In this document: in pieces, positions 23,654-35,304 of the stretch | Layout: each line of letters starts with the position of its first letter | Position numbering within the stretch: the stretch's first letter is position 1 | Assembly (NCBI GenBank): GCA_965178125.1 | Contig: OZ237742.1 | Location: 124,001 to 188,000, forward strand | Length of the DNA: 64,000 nucleotides | Direction: 5' to 3' | Source of the DNA: Bilabrum cf. latius | Lineage: Eukaryota | Translations under genes and position numbers: made by a program | Notes under the pieces: generated by a model | What the model was told of the DNA's origin: nothing | The model's database searches: none | What the model saw: the letters and a program-made list of their open reading frames with translations, nothing else

Positions 23654-26448
23654 TTACCTTCCACCTGCGGGACCCGCTCGAGGTGTACCACCCCCATTTC
23701 GCTCTTGGATGCGGCTATATGTGCGCAGCATGCGCTGCTGCATCGACTCGCCCGCGCCCGTGCCCCTGGCGCTGCGGGGTGGCGCCCTCGGCCCAGGCGG
23801 AGGAGGAGCGGGCACGCGGCGCTGTTGCTGCTGTTGCTGTCCACTGGAAAACGACTGCCTAGACAGCTGTGACCCCCTGGCGGACATTCGCCTTTCACCT
23901 GGTAGGCCCGCCCCGCCCGCTCCAAGCTGCTCGTGCTCATGCTGGTGCTCGTGCTCGGGAGCTCGGCCCAGGCCTCGTTCCCACTGACCAGCGCCAGGCT
24001 CCTCTCCAATGCGATATGCCTCCTCTTCCTCGCCCTCCTCGCCCTCGCCCTCGTCGTCCTCTACATCGCCATGCACCCCATCGCCGCCTCCAGTCCCAGC
24101 CCCTCCCTCCACCTCCACCTCCTCGCCTGCTGAGCCCCCCCCTCGTTCCATCTCCTCCACCTCCCCGCGCTCGGCAGCCGCTTCGATCGCGTCCTCAACA
24201 CGGTCCAGTAGTGAGGCCCCAATGGCTCCGTCACCCGCGCCCGTCAGCTGCCCCAGCTGCTCCACCAGCTCCAGCATGCGTCCGTGCACGCGATCCAGCC
24301 ACTCCGCGCACTCCTCGGGCCCAAACCCGCGGATCAGATCCAGCGCAGCCGCGCAGCAAGCCCGGCTCGCGCCCACCACCGCATTGCGGAACTCCCTGGG
24401 CACAAACCGGACAGCCTTGGGGTGCTGCTCGACCGTCTCTTGCACCTCGTCTGCCAGGGCGCCCGCCTCTGCCAAGGCCACCCGCACGCGGCCCATGCAC
24501 GCCCTGGCGCTCTGCACCCTGGGCCTCGCGAGGATGGCCTGCAGCAGCGTGCTCTCCTTGGCAGCTTGCGCAGAGGTCCGCAGCCCGATCGTGCCGTCGT
24601 GGTCATCCAGCTGGGAAGAAGCGCCCCCGGAGCCCAGGGTCCCGCTGTCGGCTTGCCCTGGCTGGCCCACAGCGGACTCGCCGCTGCCGGCGTACAGCCC
24701 CGGGGGCCGCTTGCCGTGCGGGTGCTCTGCGTCAAGGCTGTACAGCAGGAACTGCATCTGCTCCGAGAGGCCTTGGTCCAGCATCCCCCTGGCGTGCTCT
24801 GCCTTGGCCATGCCGGCAGCCACGGGGTTCTCCACGCCCTGCTGCTCCCCTTTGCCCGCACCTCCACCCTGTCCACGCGCCTCCCCGTCCAAGTCCCCGT
24901 CCTCCATCGAGTGGCCAAACCTCGCCTGCCGCTGCCGCAGCATCTGGGCGCGCCTAGAGCCCGCAGTGCCCGACCGCGCCACGGCGGCGCCCAAGTGCCT
25001 GGCCTTGAGCACCAGCCGCCGGTGGGGAGGCAGCGCCTGCAGGTCCTCCTCCCGCACCCTCCCCTGCCGCACCGTGTCGCCGAGCCCCTTGAGGGGTGAC
25101 TCGCACACGGCCGTCGCACCCGGGGGCCGCACGGGCCTAGACGGCGACGAAACGGCGATGACTGTTTGCTGGGCGTCCACGCGCCTCTGCACTCGCTGCT
25201 CGTGCGCGACGAACAGCGCGCCATAGCCCACGCAGCACGTCCCGCAGCACAGGTCCAGCTGCCTCTCCTCATCGCTGAAGGTCGCCTCGGGCATCCTGCC
25301 AGCCCCCGCCACATCCTCGCTCGATGCTCCGGGGACGGCCATGCCCCCACCGCTCCTGCCGCCCCCCTGGCGCCCGTCTCCCCTGTAAAAGGTGGTAGCC
25401 ATGGACTGCAGCACCTTGTTGGTCAGCAGGGCCACTGGGTACGAGAGCACGAGGCACGCCGCCACCCCGAGCAGCCCGGCGAGCAGTCCCATGGCCTCCA
25501 CAACCAACGCGGGAACAAAGACGCCCAGCGGGAAGGAGAAGGCCACCAGCATCCAGACGTACCCGGCAGCAGGCACAATGCCCAGCACCTCTGCGGCTAG
25601 CTTGCCCAGGGGCAGCCAGCCAACGGCCTGTGAGAGGAAGAGGGACCAGAGGGCGTACTGCCAGTCGAGGTCTTGTTCCCTGGTGTCCCTGGGGTGCAGA
25701 GCCAGCATGGGCACGATCAGCAGGAGAGGCCCGACGATGGCCACCAGGGACACCCACAGGGCGGCCGCGGCCTGGTGCACGGTGGCATCCAGGAGCCCGG
25801 GGCGTCCCTCGGAGGAATCGATCGAGGTCTGGCAGCACAGCACGCAGCCCACACACGGCATGATCACACAAGCGGCGCACGGCAGTGCCAGCACAGCACC
25901 TGCTGCGAACAGTCCGATGCCCACGGAGGACGCATCCGTGCCCTCGTACAGCACGTCCCCGGCGAAGAGGGAGAACGCCACGAATGCGAGCACCACGACC
26001 ACTAGCAGCACGCATCCGACGGCCCCGATGCACGCGTACGAATACCCGCTGTTCAGCGCCGCCCGCTGCACCTCGAGCATAGTTCGGTCCTTGCGAGCAG
26101 CATGCGCTGACGAGGACGAGGACGGGAGTGCTGCGGGCTTGTCCTCCCCAGGGTAGTCTGTCGAGTGGGCGGCATCAAACGCACCATCAGGGTTGCCCGC
26201 CTCCAGGTCTAGTCCCTCTGGCCCTGGGTGGCCCATTCCGTCCCCAATCGAATCCACGCCTGCCTCTGCTTCGTCGTCCTCGCCTTGCAATCTGATCTGA
26301 GTCGCAGCACGGCCCTGGTGGTAGGGGCCCCGCCGCGGCCCAGTCCACCCGCGATTCTCTCCCAGCACGACAGAACCCGGTGCAGATGGTCTGTTGCTTC
26401 CGTTTGCAGCACGATCGCGCGAAGCCACCGTGGAGCTGTCCGACACGG

Positions 26449-26492
<44 letters not shown>

Positions 26493-26749
26493 CTACCACC
26501 AGCAATCATCTCCTCGCCAGCGGAGCGCCGGCGCAGCCGATTTGATCGCTGAGGAATCTATGCAGGCAAATTTCTGGTAGCTGCGCCACCGACTCTGCCG
26601 GAATCATCTTGGCCGACGTCCCAACCTTCACGCAGTGCTCTTTGCCTGGCCTGATCACGCAGAGTCGCGTCTCGCACAGCCTTCTTTTGCTCCAACGTTA
26701 TATCTCGTATCGATAAGGCTGGCCTCGATGGCAACTCAGATTGGCTCAT
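23654..26749 (-). CDS. Hypothetical polytopic membrane protein (~1030 aa) with a poly-Gln tract; 1 in-frame TAG
   Basis: The 951-aa ORF extends upstream in frame across TAG 26558 to ATG 26749. About 6-7 hydrophobic segments at ~25420-26040; ends at TAA 23654-23656. Confidence 0.75.
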
Positions 26750-27231
26750 CTAGCTAACAGTTTACCAGACGAATCAGTGGATGCTTGGCAACAGTTGGAG
26801 TCGAGCGGATTGGAACAGCTGTGCTTCGACAAGGAAACGCCTCAAGCCCCCTACTCGGCAAGGAGTATCAGTAACTAATATTTTTCAGATATACCGTGCT
26901 GCCAGCTGGCAGTGTGTTCTACAGGGCAACACAAATCCTTGCCGCGCGAGTCATCCGCGGCGCCTTGCCACGGCGGAACCGGACGGCAGCCAACGGCTCC
27001 TTCAAGGTGGGCCTACTGGCTGTTGTCTGGGCGCTTTCCCCGACAAGATCAGTACACCGGTTATCACAGTTTGAATTTGTAGGCGAGTGAAACACTCTTC
27101 CTGGTTCGAAAATCGTGATAGCGTGAGGCAGCACTGTCACTACTTGGACAGGCGCAAAGGCACCGGCAGCCTCTGCACCAGATCGCGAGCGCGATGCAGC
27201 GACTGAGTTGCCAGGTCAACCGAGCAGAAAA

Positions 27232-27275
27232 GGGGGGGGGGGGGGGGGGGGGTAGGGGGGGGTTAAAGGGGGTGG
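27232..27275 (+). repeat. Poly-G tracts (G21, G8, G5) with G-quadruplex potential, in a divergent intergenic region
   Basis: G21-TA-G8-TTAAA-G5-TGG, directly visible. Confidence 0.8.
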
Positions 27276-27555
27276 ATATCGGACCCTGAGCGCGCGAATA
27301 CTCGCCGCCACACACAGAAAACCAGGCCCGGCACTGGAAGCGCGGCTGCCCGACTCAGCCTGAGGCTGCCAGTGGCTTCAGCTTGCAATCAGTCTCCGGT
27401 GCTTCCATTGCAGCCTGAGCGAGCAAACAAGGGGCGCCTTTGACATTGTGTCAATATGCACGTCTGGCCCAGGGACTATCTGCGATTGCCAGCGGACGTG
27501 CGACCTTACTGCGCGACCTCGTGCCTCTGCCGGTGTGTGACGACAGAATCAACGG

Positions 27556-30500
27556 ATGAAGCATCATCAACCTTCGTATTCCCGACAACAGCTAATCATG
27601 GCATCATCTCCGAGCTCTAGGGGGGGTAGTCCAAGCCATGGAGCTGGCGAGAGCCCAGGAGCTAGGGTAAAGCCTCGAACTGGGGATGTTGCGGCACGGG
27701 GTGCGGCAGCAAAACTGAAAGCAGAGTCGAAACGGAAGGAGATTGCAGACATGATGCGGCTTCACCGCGCGTCACGCGCAGCCCAAGCTGGCGACTGCTA
27801 GTTGCTTTCAGACCTGATTTCGGAGCAAGCCTCCATCGTAGCATCGTAGGATTTCCAAGGGCGTACACTCGTGCACTTAGCCGCGGCAGCGGGTCAAGGC
27901 GATGCGATTCGGCTTTTGGCTGCGCAAGGAGCCGATATGGACGCAAGAGACAATGATGGTATGGCACCACTCCACATCGCAGCGATCAATGCCCAGGTAG
28001 GCGCTGCAGCGGCGCTGCTAGAGCAACGTGCCGATCCCCTAGCAGTTGATACCACTGGTGCGCCTGCCGGCGTAAGCCGAATGAGCTCTCGTGTTTCGTC
28101 CAGGAGCGCGAATTAGACTATCTCCAGTAATGATCACTTCGGTGGCAAGCGTGCAATTTTCTACGCCTTCAGAGCCGGGTGTCCAGGGCTTGTAGAAATC
28201 CTTCGAAGAGCTACAGCCAGCAATGCAGGAGCTGCCAAAAAGAAGCACACTGGTGCTGCGCCCGATGAAGGTTCTCCCTCCAAAGCCAAGGGAAAGCAAG
28301 AGACCAAGCTTGCAAACGACGTGGATCCTCGCGAGGACGATCCTGGCATGGAAGGCCTCGACGACCAGGCGCGAGGTCTCTTCCGCCTGCCCGTGGAGAT
28401 GCTGGACGACGCAGCCCGCCGGGCAGCAGACGCTGAAGAGGAAGCGGCTCGAAGCGAGTCGAAACTGCGTGATCAGGCGGCTGCAAAACAAGTCGCCGCG
28501 GCGGTGGGCGAGGTGGAGTCGAAGGAGGCCGAGACCGGCGAGGGGCACGAGGCGAGCATCGAGCAAGTGCTCGAGGCGCAGACTGGCAGTGAAGAGGACA
28601 GCAAGCCCTCTGGTTCAGCGACCAGTGACCTGCCAGAAAAGCCAGACCAGGGCACATCTGCACAATCCCCTGCACCACCATTGGCAGCAGCACCCGCGCA
28701 AGGCACGCAGTCAGGCACTGCCACTGCCACTGCCACTGCCACTGGTGGTGTATCCAGGGCCGCCCCGCCGCCGCCCGTGCCGCACCCGCCCCCCGGCACG
28801 TATGCGTCCCCCCTCCGCGTGCAGTTCGAGCTCCCGGGTGGTGACCCGGACTCTGTCGTCTTCGCCTCAGCGTGTCCGCACGAGCCCGCTGCGTGCGGGA
28901 GGGTGGTGACCCGCGAGCAGCCCCTTGTGCTGGTGGACCCCTCCAGCGAGGACGGAATGAGCGGCGCTGACCTGGCAGCCGCGGATGCGTGGCTCGTGGC
29001 CCGTCTGGGTGGGGGCAAGGGTGCCAAAGGGGGCAGTGCAAGACAGGACCTCTACGACGACATGGTGGCCATGGGATCCTCGGCCCAGGGGAAAGGGGCG
29101 GGGACAGGGGCAGGGGGCGGGCTCAAGACGGCGAGAGAGCGCGAGGCCGAGGCCCGCGCCGACCGTGTATCCCAGGCTCGCGCTGCGCTTGCGACCATAT
29201 CCAAGGACAGGCGGGTGCCGGCCGCGGCCATGGAGGTCGCTGGGCTGGACGCGCACTGGGACGCTCTGGAGGCGGTGGCAGACCCGGGCATACCCCTGAG
29301 GAACACAATGGCGCGAGTGGAGGCCCTGCGGCAGAGGTTTCGCGCGGGGCCCCAGCCACCCCCCGAGCCGGCGGTGCTGGAGGACGGCAATCCGACGACT
29401 GCAGAGCGCAGGAGGCGGCTGGAGTTGCAGCGGCAGGCACGCACCAGCGAGACCGCGTCCGGTGGGGCTGTAGGGTCTGGGGCCCGCATGCAGGCGCAGG
29501 CATCCGCGGCTGATGCGGTAGTGCGCGGTCGCAAGCTCGGGTCTGCCGGTGTTCCCCAGGGAGACATGATTCTGGATGGGCCGCGGTCGAACCCCGCCTC
29601 TGCAGTGGCGGAGGATGTGGCGAATGAGCGCGCCGCTCTCGTGGCGGAGGGTGCGCTGAGAGTGGCACAGCAACAGCAGCACAAGAAGAATAAACATGAG
29701 GGGGGCGAGGGGGGCTCGGAGCATCGCGAGCAGGGATCCAGCAGCAGGCAGCGCGTGCTGGGCGGGGGCGAGCAGGGACTGGACCCTGTGGAGCAAGCAG
29801 AGGAGCGGGTGGCCGGAGACGGGGTGCCTGTGAAGCGAGGCACCACGCGATTTGTTAGAGCCACGGTGCGCTCGCCGGACGGACGGTGGAGCGACGTGGT
29901 GACCCTTCGGTACCGCCTACTGTCTCCGCTGGAACAGTTCTTTGACGCGTCACCCAAGGCGCTGTGGTCGGCCGAGGGCAGGCTCGTGGCCTTCGGGCTG
30001 ACGTCACTGCGGAGACTCATGTCTGCGGACAGGGGCCTCCTCCGGCGCGCGTTCTCCCGGATCGGCATCCTGCAGCGACAGAGCGAGGCGCTGATCCAGG
30101 CTCTCAAGCGGGAGTGGAGGAAGCGGCAGCTCAAGGAGAGGGAGGAGCAGGGGGCGGCGTACGTCTCCCCGAGGGCACCGGCGCGGCAGCAGCCCGGCGA
30201 CAGGGAGAGCCCCGCGGGGACCACGAGCACGCGGGGGCGGGGGAAGGGCACGCGCGACGGAGCAGTCAGTCCAATGGGGGTGGCGGTCGGTGCGGGGGCC
30301 AGTGGCAGTGGCAGGGGCAGGGGGCCGGCACAGCCGCATTCGATGGGCCACGGGGAGGACCCTGGGGAGCCATCGGTGGTGCTGATCGGGTCCACTGCAG
30401 ATGCACACGTCCTGGGGAACAACAGCGCCGTGGACGGAGTGCACAGCCGACTGCAGGAGGGCTCCATGGAGGACTCGGAGATGCGTGCCCTCGCAATCGA

Positions 30501-30945
30501 GACGGGGCCAGGCGGGGAGAAGCGAGGGGGCGTGGGGGCGGGGGCGGGTGTGGTCCCCAGCTCCCCCATGGGCAGGAAGGGCCTGCCCTTGGCTGCCTCT
30601 CCGGCCAGCACGCAGGGTTCCGATGGAAACAGGCACACGGATCTGGCGGCGGGGTCCATCTCATTGGAGTAGGGCAGCTTCGCTGGGTCTGAGGTTGGCC
30701 TGGGGAGGGGAGGAGCGGTGGGCGGGGGCCAATACTAGGCGCACGAGGCGCATGGCAGTCCGGGGGCGGGGCTGAGGCAGCTGTAGCGGGAGAGGGAGAT
30801 CGGGCATGGAGGCGCGCTGGGCCCCGTGCGGTCCCTGACGAGTGCCTCGGCGGAGAGGTTGATGGCTCGGCAGCATGTGCAGCAACACCAGGAAGGTGAC
30901 TCGACAGGGAGCGGCATGAAACGGCACGTGTCTTTCCAGTCCTGA
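27556..30945 (+). CDS. Ankyrin-repeat protein with a long low-complexity C-terminal region; 6 in-frame TAG
   Basis: AS[TAG][45 protein letters not shown]. One frame with TAGs at 27799, 27847, 28114, 30670, 30736, 30784; ends at TGA 30943. The start may be ATG 27598. Confidence 0.82.
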
Positions 30946-31105
30946 TCGCAAGCTGGATATCGCTTAATCCAGGATACATCTACAAATAAGCTTCCGAAGC
31001 TGGCTACTGCTTAACAGATTCAAGCTCAATCATCAGACTGGCTGGGGCTCCAGATCAGGTCCAACCTCTGGATAGATAGGCCTGACGTCAGGAGTTGAGA
31101 CCAAG

Positions 31106-32938
31106 TCAAACGACGCCAATGGCCCTCTCGATAAGCACAGCATCTGTGCGCAGCCACTCACCTGCGGCACCCGGGTGCGTCAGCACAGCCAGGGGGTTTC
31201 TCTCTCGAGTCATGCTGGAGTGTGCCCGCAAGTGAGCTCCTCGAATGTCCGTGCCCGATGCATCAGGAGCAGTAGCCTTGTCTCGACTATGCAGCTCCAT
31301 GGGGGATTGCCCAGACACGGCTTGCTCCACCAGCGACCACCCTAGTACTGGACCTCGCACCCCATTGCCTATCTCAGGCCCTTCAACAAAACCGCGTCCG
31401 CACGACTCTGCCCCCTCCACCGAGCTTGTGCCCGTGCCCATGCCCAGTCTAGCTCGCACGAGCCCCCGCAAGCAACCCGCCAGTCTGCGCCTTGCTAGAG
31501 CCAGCCCTTGCCGCCCGTCTGCTTCCAGTCCTCGCGCCTCCGTCTCCAGCAGCAGGGCTAGCACCACGCACCCGGCCAGCTGCGCCCGCCGGCATTCCCT
31601 CACTGCACGCGCTAGCACGGCCCCCAAGCCCTCCTCGCCCTCGCCTCCAAGTGCCTCCCCACCAGCTGCTTCCACCTCCACCTCCACCTCCAGCTCCCGG
31701 CCTTCATCCATGCCCCGCTTGGCCCCCACTGCCGCCATCCCCACGGCCCCCAGCTCCTGGCAGAGGGCGTCAAACCCCTCCGCAGACTGCACCCTGGCTA
31801 GCAACGGCCCGCTGCTCTCGTCAAATTCCAGGGAACAACGGGCCTGCAAAAGGTCCTGCGCGCCCAGACGAGTCGCCACACACGCCACGTGGTCCGCCCT
31901 TGCAGCTGCTGCCCTGGCCTGCCTCTGCCTGTCCGTGAGCCACAACCCGCCACCCTCTTCGCCCTCGCCTTCGTCCACCGTACCGCCATCACGGCCCTAG
32001 CTCACACCCTGCTCCAGCCCCTCCTACACACCCTCCATCTCCTGAGGCTGTCGGCCCCCCTTACTCCCTAAAGCCGAGCCCTCAGACGACCCCTCCGCCC
32101 CCACCAGCCACCCCACCGCATCCACGAGCCACCTGCTGCCCACCACCTCCGCCGCCTCCTTCCGCCCTGCCTCTGTGCCCAGCGCATCTCTGGCAGCATC
32201 CACGGATCGGCGGCCGCTGGCCCACGCAGTGGCTTCTTCTGTGAGTGAGTGGGAGCCCGTGCCGCGGGCGTGACGCGCGGCATCCAGCATGCGGGCGCGG
32301 TCCTTTGCCCTGCTGCTGCTGAGGACGCGCTCGATCTCCACGCGGTCGTCCTCGCCTGCTTGGAGCGAGCACGCCAGCCAAGCCACGCATGCCTCTTGCA
32401 CGAGGACGCCCTGGAGGCGGGGGGACGTTGCCAGTGACTTAGCCACCGTTCGCCAGCCCGAACTTCGAATGTCGCGGCTCTTTTGCGTGTTGTGCTGCTA
32501 AAGGAGTGCCGCCGTGCCGCTTCGAACCTCTGCCGGTACCACGAGATCCTCACCGTCCTTCATTTGCGATGCCTGGAGACCTACAATGCACGCGGCAATG
32601 AATGTAACAGTAAATATATCCAGTGGTGTCAGTGGTACATCCTGCGTCACGTACGAAGTCCAAAACCCTTGTTTGTCAGCGGCCGCTCCATCCTGCTTAA
32701 CGCTGTCCGTCTTTGCCGATGTCTTCCCAGGATCGATGGCATATTTTTCAATTATCCTGCTACTGGGTTGGTGGCTCCGTTTGGCACTGCGCCTTATGCG
32801 CCTTGATGAGGCGGCTGCGTGCCAAGCTGAGCTTCGCAGCGTCCGGTTTGTCACGGTCTACCTTCTCACGCGCGGAGCCACCATTGCTCCTCGACGGTAG
32901 ATTGAACATACTGGTCGCTCCAGCCTTAGCCTGCGCAT
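31106..32938 (-). CDS. Hypothetical protein (~610 aa); 4 in-frame TAG
   Basis: ORFs 32498-32854, 32024-32446 and 31106-31978 share one frame and are separated only by TAG (32858, 32498, 32024, 31997). ATG 32938; ends at TGA 31106. No recognisable domain. Confidence 0.65.
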
Positions 32939-33550
32939 AGCTAGCCTGGCTGCAGAGCTGCAAGTCAACGTCTTGTACTGTATCCAACTGCAACTCAGCC
33001 CTCCTAGAATGCCTATCGGTGCTCAGCAGGCGACAGATTAGCCCTGCCAGTGAATTTGAGCTGAGTGATATACTGCAGGCTCGGTTATCTGAGCGTGATC
33101 GAGTTTCCTCGACAATTGTTTAGTCGCAAGTACGCTAGATGCTCCGGTTGGGTGTACGGATACCAAATTTTCCCTTTCGTGATGTCCGATGACGACGACT
33201 ATTAGTTGGAACAAGGTGATTTAGAAGCTCGGTCTAGCCGGTTAGAACCTTTCCTCGTCTTATCCTGCTGCGTGTTCGGTCGCAAGCTTTCCTGCCGGTG
33301 TGCTCTGTTCGAGTCGTCCGACTGCGCGTTCGCCCGTGGTCTCCGTCCGTGTCTGTAGTTTCCGGTTCTCTGTCTCTGTGGTAATACACTATCGTCTCTC
33401 GTCTTCCAGGCATTCATCATGAAATGTAATCCATGCGACGTGGAGATACAAGTCTAAGGAAGCGGCATCGTGACAAGCCCTGTCAGAGGGGTAATTTATT
33501 GCTTTCTTTTTTTCGGACATTCAGCCGCATCGCAGGAGGGGCGGCACGTG

Positions 33551-35164
33551 TCAACCCAAAAGAAGACCTGCTATTCTAACCATCAGGCTGCGCCCGATCA
33601 GCGACCTCGGCCTTCTGCCTCGAGCATGCTCGCCGCGTCCCGAAGCGCCTGAGGCGGAGCTCCCGCTTGCCGCACCTGGGCTTGCAGCTGCCATCCCACT
33701 ACTTCCTCCCGCACCGCTTAAATGCCAATGACTAGCCCCGTTGGCACGCACTTCCTGGTCGTCAATTCCGAGGCCGGGAGGCGCCGCCGCCGCGCTGCCA
33801 CTGCCATGCATTGGACCCGCCTTGACCCCCTGCTCCCCCTGCCCTGTCAAGCCCTTGCCCTCCCCCTGCTTCACCACGCGCCTCGCGCCTCTGCCCAGCT
33901 CCTCATCTATGCTGGGCAGCGCCACTGCGCACGCCGCTGCCATCAGCACGGGGGCCACCATGGCGGGTATGGAGGCAGGCAGCCACCCCTTGGCCGCAGC
34001 TCTCGCCCACAGCGTCTGCAGCGCGCGGGGGGCCACGTAGCACGCCAGCTCCTGTCGCCTGCCCCGGGGCTCCAGCAGCACGGACAGCCCACACAGGAGG
34101 CTGCCGAGCGATGGCCCGGCCACGGTATCGTCTCGCAGCGCGGCCCTGGTCACCGACACGCCCGTCCACACGAGGGACACGAAGAGGCCGATGAACAGAG
34201 AGGAGCGGGAGGCGCCGCGCGCCACCTTCAGGACAACACCCAGGAGGTTCCGCAGGCTGGGGCGCCGCACAAGCCCGGGCACCTTTGCGACCAGTACCGC
34301 GAGCAGCTGCACGGGCACGTTGATGGCCAGCGCCGCCAGGAACGCCCTCGCGAGCCGGGCCGCCGAGTTGGCCCGCCAGTCGGTCCCCAGCTCGGGGTGC
34401 ACCAGCTGGTGCGAGATGAACCCGAACAAGGGGTCCCCCTCTTTGGGATCCAGCCCGTGCTGCTGGCAGTAGGACCGCAGCACGGGGTGGTGGTCCCCGT
34501 AGCCCCCCTCGGCCCCGCTCTTGAGCAGCCTGAGGGCGTGCAGCAGCCGACCGTCCATGTCTGCCATCGTGGTGATCCAGCGGTTGTACGCGGCAGGGAG
34601 CGCGCGGGGGTGGTAGAACCAGCTGTACATGATGACCCAGCAGCTGAGCACGAACGAGACGGTCTCGAGATGCGACCAGCGGGGCAGCTCGCCCCTGGCA
34701 ATGGCCCGGCGGGCGACAAAGGCGCCGGCTCGCACCGCGGCGTGCAGCGATAGGACCGTTGGATCGAAGTACGTGTCCCTTAGGGGGAGCAGAAGCAGCA
34801 CCGTGAGGCCTGAGAGTGCACCGCACGCAGTTGGTGGTAGCTTGGCCCTCCTCGCCAAACGATAGGCAAGACCGAAGCTAGCTGCCCAAAGTCCGACATG
34901 CAGCGCTCGCCGGCCGAACGCCGACCGTAGCACCCTCTCGGGTACCTTTCGAAATGCTAGCTTCCCTTGGATAGCTCTCGTTAGCAATGGTATCGATGAA
35001 ACGCAAATGTGGATTCCCATACCGGCCAGCATTCTCAAGAGGGCAGACTTCAGGTCCGAGGCCACGCTGTCATCCGGATCGGTGCTGGCAGCGCTCTGGT
35101 CCGCAGTAATCGAGTCTCGATTGGCCTGTGCCGGTACACAACAGCTGGTTGCGCTTGATGACAT
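33551..35164 (-). CDS. TMEM135: TMEM135-family membrane protein
   Basis: SCWVIMYSWFYHPRALPAAYNRWI, RSSLFIGLFV and LEPRGRRQELACYVAPRALQTLW. 537-aa ORF with no TAG; TGA stop. Confidence 0.8.
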   Translation of the reverse strand: MSSSATSCCVPAQANRDSITADQSAASTDPDDSVASDLKSALLRMLAGMGIHICVSSIPLLTRAIQGKLAFRKVPERVLRSAFGRRALHVGLWAASFGLAYRLARRAKLPPTACGALSGLTVLLLLPLRDTYFDPTVLSLHAAVRAGAFVARRAIARGELPRWSHLETVSFVLSCWVIMYSWFYHPRALPAAYNRWITTMADMDGRLLHALRLLKSGAEGGYGDHHPVLRSYCQQHGLDPKEGDPLFGFISHQLVHPELGTDWRANSAARLARAFLAALAINVPVQLLAVLVAKVPGLVRRPSLRNLLGVVLKVARGASRSSLFIGLFVSLVWTGVSVTRAALRDDTVAGPSLGSLLCGLSVLLEPRGRRQELACYVAPRALQTLWARAAAKGWLPASIPAMVAPVLMAAACAVALPSIDEELGRGARRVVKQGEGKGLTGQGEQGVKAGPMHGSGSAAAAPPGLGIDDQEVRANGASHWHLSGAGGSSGMAAASPGAASGSSASGASGRGEHARGRRPRSLIGRSLMVRIAGLLLG

Positions 35165-35304
35165 GGCTCACTCAGGATTTCATCTGGTTCTATAGCTGCT
35201 GAACAGTTGCAAACTCCAGGCACGGACAGATACATATTCCTTCATGAAGGTTCCTTTCTCTGGAGACTTGCGGCAACTCACTCTTTTCCTTCTTCCCTTG
35301 TTTC

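Noticed and set aside
26870-27090. Possible small exon (CTAAT...TTTTTCAG acceptor, then YTVLPAGSVFYRAT...TGA)
   Set aside because: No convincing upstream exon or donor and no recognisable domain; it cannot be supported without RNA data.
27090-27115. GGTTCGA/GTTCGAAT T-loop-like words as a suppressor tRNA (also ~45053, ~55111)
   Set aside because: No cloverleaf, acceptor stem or D-arm could be built, and two of the sites lie within CDS.
29052-30659. Long antisense and alternative-frame ORFs (also 24009-25226, 36696-37655, 39700-40659)
   Set aside because: They are shadows of GC-rich coding sequence on the other strand or frame, are Pro/Ser/Arg-rich, and have no domain motifs.
33202-33420. 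72-aa minus-strand ORF in a strand-biased intergenic stretch
   Set aside because: Short and low-complexity, with no motif and no second copy in the window to call it a repeat or LTR.
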